Of a stretch of DNA of 64,000 nucleotides, positions 60,801-64,000 are shown in pieces. The stretch is from Octopus vulgaris (taxonomy: Eukaryota), in NCBI GenBank assembly GCA_951406725.2, contig OX597821.1, positions 36,828,001 to 36,892,000 of the forward strand. Direction: 5' to 3'. Position 1 is the first letter of the stretch, and every line of letters begins with the position of its first letter. The notes under the pieces were generated by a model. That model had not been told where the DNA came from and made no database searches. It worked only from the letters and a program-made list of their open reading frames with translations. The position numbers and the translations under genes were made by a program.

Positions 60801-62831
60801 ACTCTTCTTAAATAGTACCTATATTTTGTAGGTTAAAATATGCTTTATTTCAGAGATATACAAGTTAAGCAAACGTAAGCAGTAAAAATACAAATTGCAG
60901 ATATAAAATATTCCATGACAAAAAACAACAAAATAAAAAGAAGGAAAAATCTTGGTGCATGTATTCCAGAGGTACAAGGTTTATGAGGAAAAAAAGAATC
61001 AAAAGTGAAATGATAAGGTAAACAGCTGATTGAAAAAAAAAACGTCTTGGCTAACCAAATTTAAGGAGTGTTAAAAATATTGGATAGTCAGAGAAAATTG
61101 GTGAAGAAAGAACAATTAAGAAGAAAGAGGGAGTGTGGAGACAAGGAAATAAAGGTAGACAGGATATAGTTGACAGTGATAATAAGAGGAAGAAATGAAG
61201 ATGAGTAAAGAGAGAAAAGAAGCAGATATGTGAAGAGAAAGACAAGTAGAAATAGATAGAGAATGTTTTGCAAACAAGAGGGGAAAGAAACTGAGAGGAG
61301 CAGGATAGAAAATTAAGACAATATCGGCCAAATGTTGACCGCTGATTATATATAAAATAGTATCTGCGTCATATTTGTTTCCGATACTGTCCTGCTTTTT
61401 CGTTTTATATAGAAAACACTGATTTAATTAGTTTGATAAGTGCCTCTGCAAGAAACTCTCGAACCTTCAGTCACTGTGTAACTTTCGCCGATCAATAAAT
61501 CTATACTTATTATTTGAGTCTGACTCAACATGAGTTCTATTTTTCATGTTTGAACCACTACGCCTCTGATGAGAACCCAATAAAGTTCGAAAATCGATTA
61601 AGGTTGTTCATCTTTTTTTCAATCTACGGAGAAATGGCTGAATTGGTGCTACTTTACGTTTGGAGTTCAAATTCCACAAAGGTTGACTTTGCCTTTCATC
61701 CTTTCAGGGTCAATAAAATGAATACTAGTTGAGCACTGGGGTCAATGTAATCAACTTACCCCAATCTTGCTGGCCTCGTGCCAAAAGTTGAAGTCGATAT
61801 TGATTTTTTTAAAAAGCCCATGCCAAAACTGACCTCACCTGTGCTGGTGCCATGTAAAAAGCACTCAGCCTGCTCTGCGGGGTGGTTGGTGTTAGGAAGG
61901 GCATCCAACCATAAAAACAATGCCAAAACAGACACAGAAGTGTGGTGCAGACTCCTGCCTGGCCAGCTCCTGTCAAACTGTCCAACCCATACCAGATTAG
62001 AAGGAAGACATTAAACGATGATGATCATTCGTATCATTGTCATCAGCATTAACTTGTATCCAAATATTTAATCTGTAGTGACGGATTGAGCTTCTTCATC
62101 CTGATGGGTGTGAAGGGTGCCGGTGCCTGAGGCGGCTGTTCAGGCCAAGGGCTTTATAGAAGAGCTGGGGGGGCATCTATCCTAGGAAAAGGTTGGCAGG
62201 GTAAAAGGAAGTGAGAGCCACTCTTGGTGTCTTTAATATCTGATCTCTGCCTTTTGATGTTTATTTTCCATCTGGTCCATTCCTTTGGCGATGACATGGG
62301 CAGTCGTTAGTGAATGTTTCTTAGGTATTTGGGTCAATGGAACAGCAGAGGAGAGTGGCTTTGAGCACAAAGCCACACATATTGCAAGCTGAATGTACTT
62401 AACCCCTGTACTTAATGGATGTTTTATTAATCCCAGAGGGATGAAAGGCAAAGTGTCTTTCATTAAGGTGTAAACATGGGACATAACTAAACACTACTAA
62501 AGCTTTTGACCAGTGTTTTGCAGAATCTGCCTTTCACCTTGATAAATAGAAACATAAATAATTTCTAAAAGATACAGTTGATATTATTGATCCAATACTT
62601 AATTGATGCTTTATTTTATTGACCTCAAAATGATGATGAACAAAGTCAACCTTTGAACAGTAGATATACAGGAACATAACTAACTGCCAGAATATATATA
62701 TTTCCTGCATTCTGTCATTTATGCCATCCCGAACAATAATGATATTAATATGTCTTCTCTCTTTCAGTGCTGTCCCGGTTATGTTGACACTGATATGTCA
62801 AGTCACAAAGGCCCTAAAACTATAGACGAAG
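45596..62831 (+). CDS. CBR1: Carbonyl reductase [NADPH] CBR1-like short-chain dehydrogenase, 3'-incomplete; exons 45596-45613, 50821-50902, 52304-52482, 53687-53799, 56861-56989, 58573-58714, 62768-62831
   Basis: MVKVAV|VTGSNKGIGFAIVRALCKKFEGDVIAT|ARDAGRG...FHQLDITD...YGGLDILVNNAGIAYK|QASTAPFSEQAEVTLRCNFTGT...HA|RVVNVSSM...|...GWPSTAYGVSK...INA|CCPGYVDTDMSSHKGPKTIDE. Shows TGxxxGxG, NNAG, the catalytic Ser (VSS), YxxxK and the CBR-typical CCPGxVxTDM. Splice phases consistent; no final exon found in the window. Confidence 0.93.
45689..45820. mobile_element. 132 bp MITE in CBR intron 1
   Basis: 23 bp perfect IR cataactacagattcctgcccca; flanks cacattta/aacattta (8 bp, 1 mismatch). Confidence 0.7.
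46119..46384. repeat. Tandem duplication (~160 bp unit) with TG/TGGA microsatellites
   Basis: aattctcctgag(t/c)ggcgatcatcgagcttctgttg occurs twice. Confidence 0.8.
46762..47129. mobile_element. MITE with ~30 bp TIR and 8 bp TSD (same family as 10716-11128)
   Basis: TSD ctgaaatg at 46754-46761 and 47130-47137; internal cctaacc repeats. Confidence 0.85.
47140..48010 (+). mobile_element. Decayed CRE-like non-LTR retrotransposon, C-terminal CCHC and restriction-like endonuclease region
   Basis: CYCG..LDSTGLH, HTELN, SILEPSGLSRCDRKRPD.LTL.PW..G..LAWDVTV.D, FHPVVFEIFG; the adjacent motifs (SGDWIDAIPV, ISLAITHGNAASVL) lie in other frames, indicating frameshifts. Confidence 0.75.
48190..48522 (-). 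mobile_element. tRNA-derived SINE family C; related copies ~28660-29215 (+, interrupted) and ~63420-63665 (-)
   Basis: Head ggcacatggcttagtgg; core ccttgagcaagacactttatttcac. Confidence 0.7.
49375..49593. mobile_element. piggyBac-like MITE
   Basis: TTAA|CCCTTTA ... TAAAGGG|TTAA. Confidence 0.85.
50230..50372 (+). mobile_element. Short mariner deletion derivative
   Basis: TIR-like gggggatgctgaaaagttc followed by C-terminal remnant GLQRLKDSCNKCVNLRGE. Confidence 0.6.
50821..50902 (+). CDS. CBR1: CBR1-like exon 2 (Rossmann TGSNKGIG)
   Basis: Flanked by caccag and gtaagt. Confidence 0.95.
52304..52482 (+). CDS. CBR1: CBR1-like exon 3
   Basis: FHQLDI, GGLDILVNNAG; flanked by tacaag and gtactt. 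Confidence 0.95.
53687..53799 (+). CDS. CBR1: CBR1-like exon 4
   Basis: APFSEQAEVTLRCNFTGT; flanked by ttttag and gtatgt. Confidence 0.95.
54061..54457. mobile_element. piggyBac-like MITE (second family, ~400 bp)
   Basis: TTAA|CCCCTTCAGT ... ACTGAAGAGG|TTAA. Confidence 0.65.
55899..56132 (+). mobile_element. SINE A' with 16 bp TSD
   Basis: gtatagaattc(c/t)tgtc at 55883-55898 and 56133-56148. Confidence 0.88.
56861..56989 (+). CDS. CBR1: CBR1-like exon 5
   Basis: RVVNVSSM; flanked by ttctag and gtatgt. Confidence 0.95.
57260..58030 (+). mobile_element. Decayed mariner transposase (different family from 596-1161)
   Basis: Remnants GRESLEDD..SGRPATATTEE and AGKVMTSVF.DEK.IVFI..LQRGHIINEEYYAN. 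Confidence 0.8.
58573..58714 (+). CDS. CBR1: CBR1-like exon 6 (catalytic YGVSK)
   Basis: GWPSTAYGVSK; flanked by catcag and gtaatt. Confidence 0.95.
58761..59775 (+). mobile_element. Candidate DINE-1/HINE-like (Helentron-associated) element
   Basis: 5' subTIR tatccatgtgtgc with nearby inverted gcaggata and tgtctgt; 3' subTIR gcacaggata, then stem-loop gcatc-8nt-gatgc and a T-rich flank. Confidence 0.5.
60262..60770. mobile_element. Fold-back MITE with long imperfect TIRs and central TTAGGG repeats
   Basis: 60281-60381 inverted at ~60581-60685; gggttagggcttagggtttagggttaggg at ~60499-60527. Confidence 0.7.
61562..61604 (+). ncRNA. Minimal type I hammerhead ribozyme motif (Penelope-like)
   Basis: gcct-CTGATGA-GAAC[ccaataaa]GTTC-GAAA-atcgat-TA^aggt: complete core, stem II, palindromic stem III, short stem I. 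Confidence 0.7.
62768..62831 (+). CDS. CBR1: CBR1-like exon 7
   Basis: CCPGYVDTDMSSHKG; flanked by tttcag and gtaaga. Confidence 0.95.
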
Positions 62832-64000
62832 GTAAGAGTCTCCATCTAACTTCTTGTTAATTTTGTTTGTTTTGAGAAAAATAAAGGCATAGCTGTGTAG
62901 GTAAGAAGTCTGCTTGAGAACCACATAATTCTGGAGACCCTTTCACTGTTTGTCTCAAGGGGCACATGCCTGGGGGTTATAGGCATGGTAGTAGAAATAC
63001 GGAGGGATTAAGAATTCTCTGGTTAAGCAACACAAATGACCTTAATCATTTGCAACATCAACTTTAAGAAATCAGCTAGCTCCTGGTCGTTTACCAATGT
63101 GGTTAACACAAAAGCTGGATAGACTTCATTCTTATCAAGAAAATGGGGAAGACAGATGACTGTGAAAGCTAAAACTTTTCCTGTTGAAGAATACACCACC
63201 CAACATGAAGTAAGGATCTAGAATAAGAAATAGATGGCACCTGAGTCTCAAGGCAACTCAGAGAAAGAAGATATAGAGGCTTAAAGAACTACTGAGCAGT
63301 CTCTAGAAGGAATGATAGGCAAAGTTGGTTTTTGTAGTGTTTAGATTCAGGATGCAAAGAACTGGAACAAATACCACTAGACATTTTTTTCTGCCAGCTC
63401 GCTTCCTTTAATAATAAAATAAATAAATGCACCCTTTCAAAGCATAGCCAGGCTCATGGGCCCAGTTTCCTGGTTTCAATGGTGTATGTGTTCCCCAGCT
63501 GAACAGAACGCCAGTCCATCGCAGCGTTACTCATTTTTGCCAGCTGGAGCAATGTGAAATGAAGTCTTTTGCTCAAGAAGACAACGCGTCGCTCGGTCCA
63601 GGAACTGAAACCACAATCTTACGATCATGATGCTGACACCCTAACCACTAAGTCATGTGCCTCCGCCCTTTAATAATAAGTAATAATATAAATCTTTAAG
63701 CAATATGGAATGAATTTTATGTTCAGTAGTACTTATGACTGAAACATGGAGAACAGCAGCAAAAGTAGTTTTGGTTTATGAAGGTAAGCAGTTAGTTTAA
63801 GATGATAACTTTGAGTAAAGTGTGCATTATAAACTGAGTAATACCGTATTCATTCAAAGCTGATGGTTTACTCTGTTGCAACTCCATTTTCTCATTATGT
63901 GCATTTATTTAGATTTAGATGACAAAATGTCACCTCAGTCTATGCACAAAACAAAAAACTTGGAATGGTGATAGAGTGAATCATCCCTGTTGAATAGATT

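Overview
AT-rich, repeat-dense animal genomic DNA. The SINE/LINE repertoire and microsatellite load suggest a coleoid cephalopod, probably Octopus (inference). Three spliced protein-coding genes were reconstructed by hand, all with GT-AG introns and consistent phases. MRPS6 (minus strand, 3 coding exons, 147 aa) and ATP5PO/OSCP (plus strand, 8 coding exons, 209 aa) sit head-to-head with ATGs about 1.46 kb apart. A carbonyl reductase CBR1-like SDR follows (plus strand, 7 exons visible, last exon beyond the window). The rest is mobile DNA: tRNA-derived SINEs, RTE, BovB-like, CR1-like and CRE-like LINE pieces, mariner, hAT, piggyBac and Tigger derivatives, 8-9 bp-TSD MITEs, Helitrons and a DINE/HINE-like element. 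Most ORFs in the supplied track are microsatellite or SINE artefacts. Best leads: possible ancient MRPS6-ATP5PO(-CBR) linkage, a minimal hammerhead ribozyme in a CBR intron, inverted repeats bracketing exons, a ~610 bp inverted duplication upstream of CBR, and a 37 bp TIR element with an 8 bp TSD. TE boundaries without TSDs are approximate.
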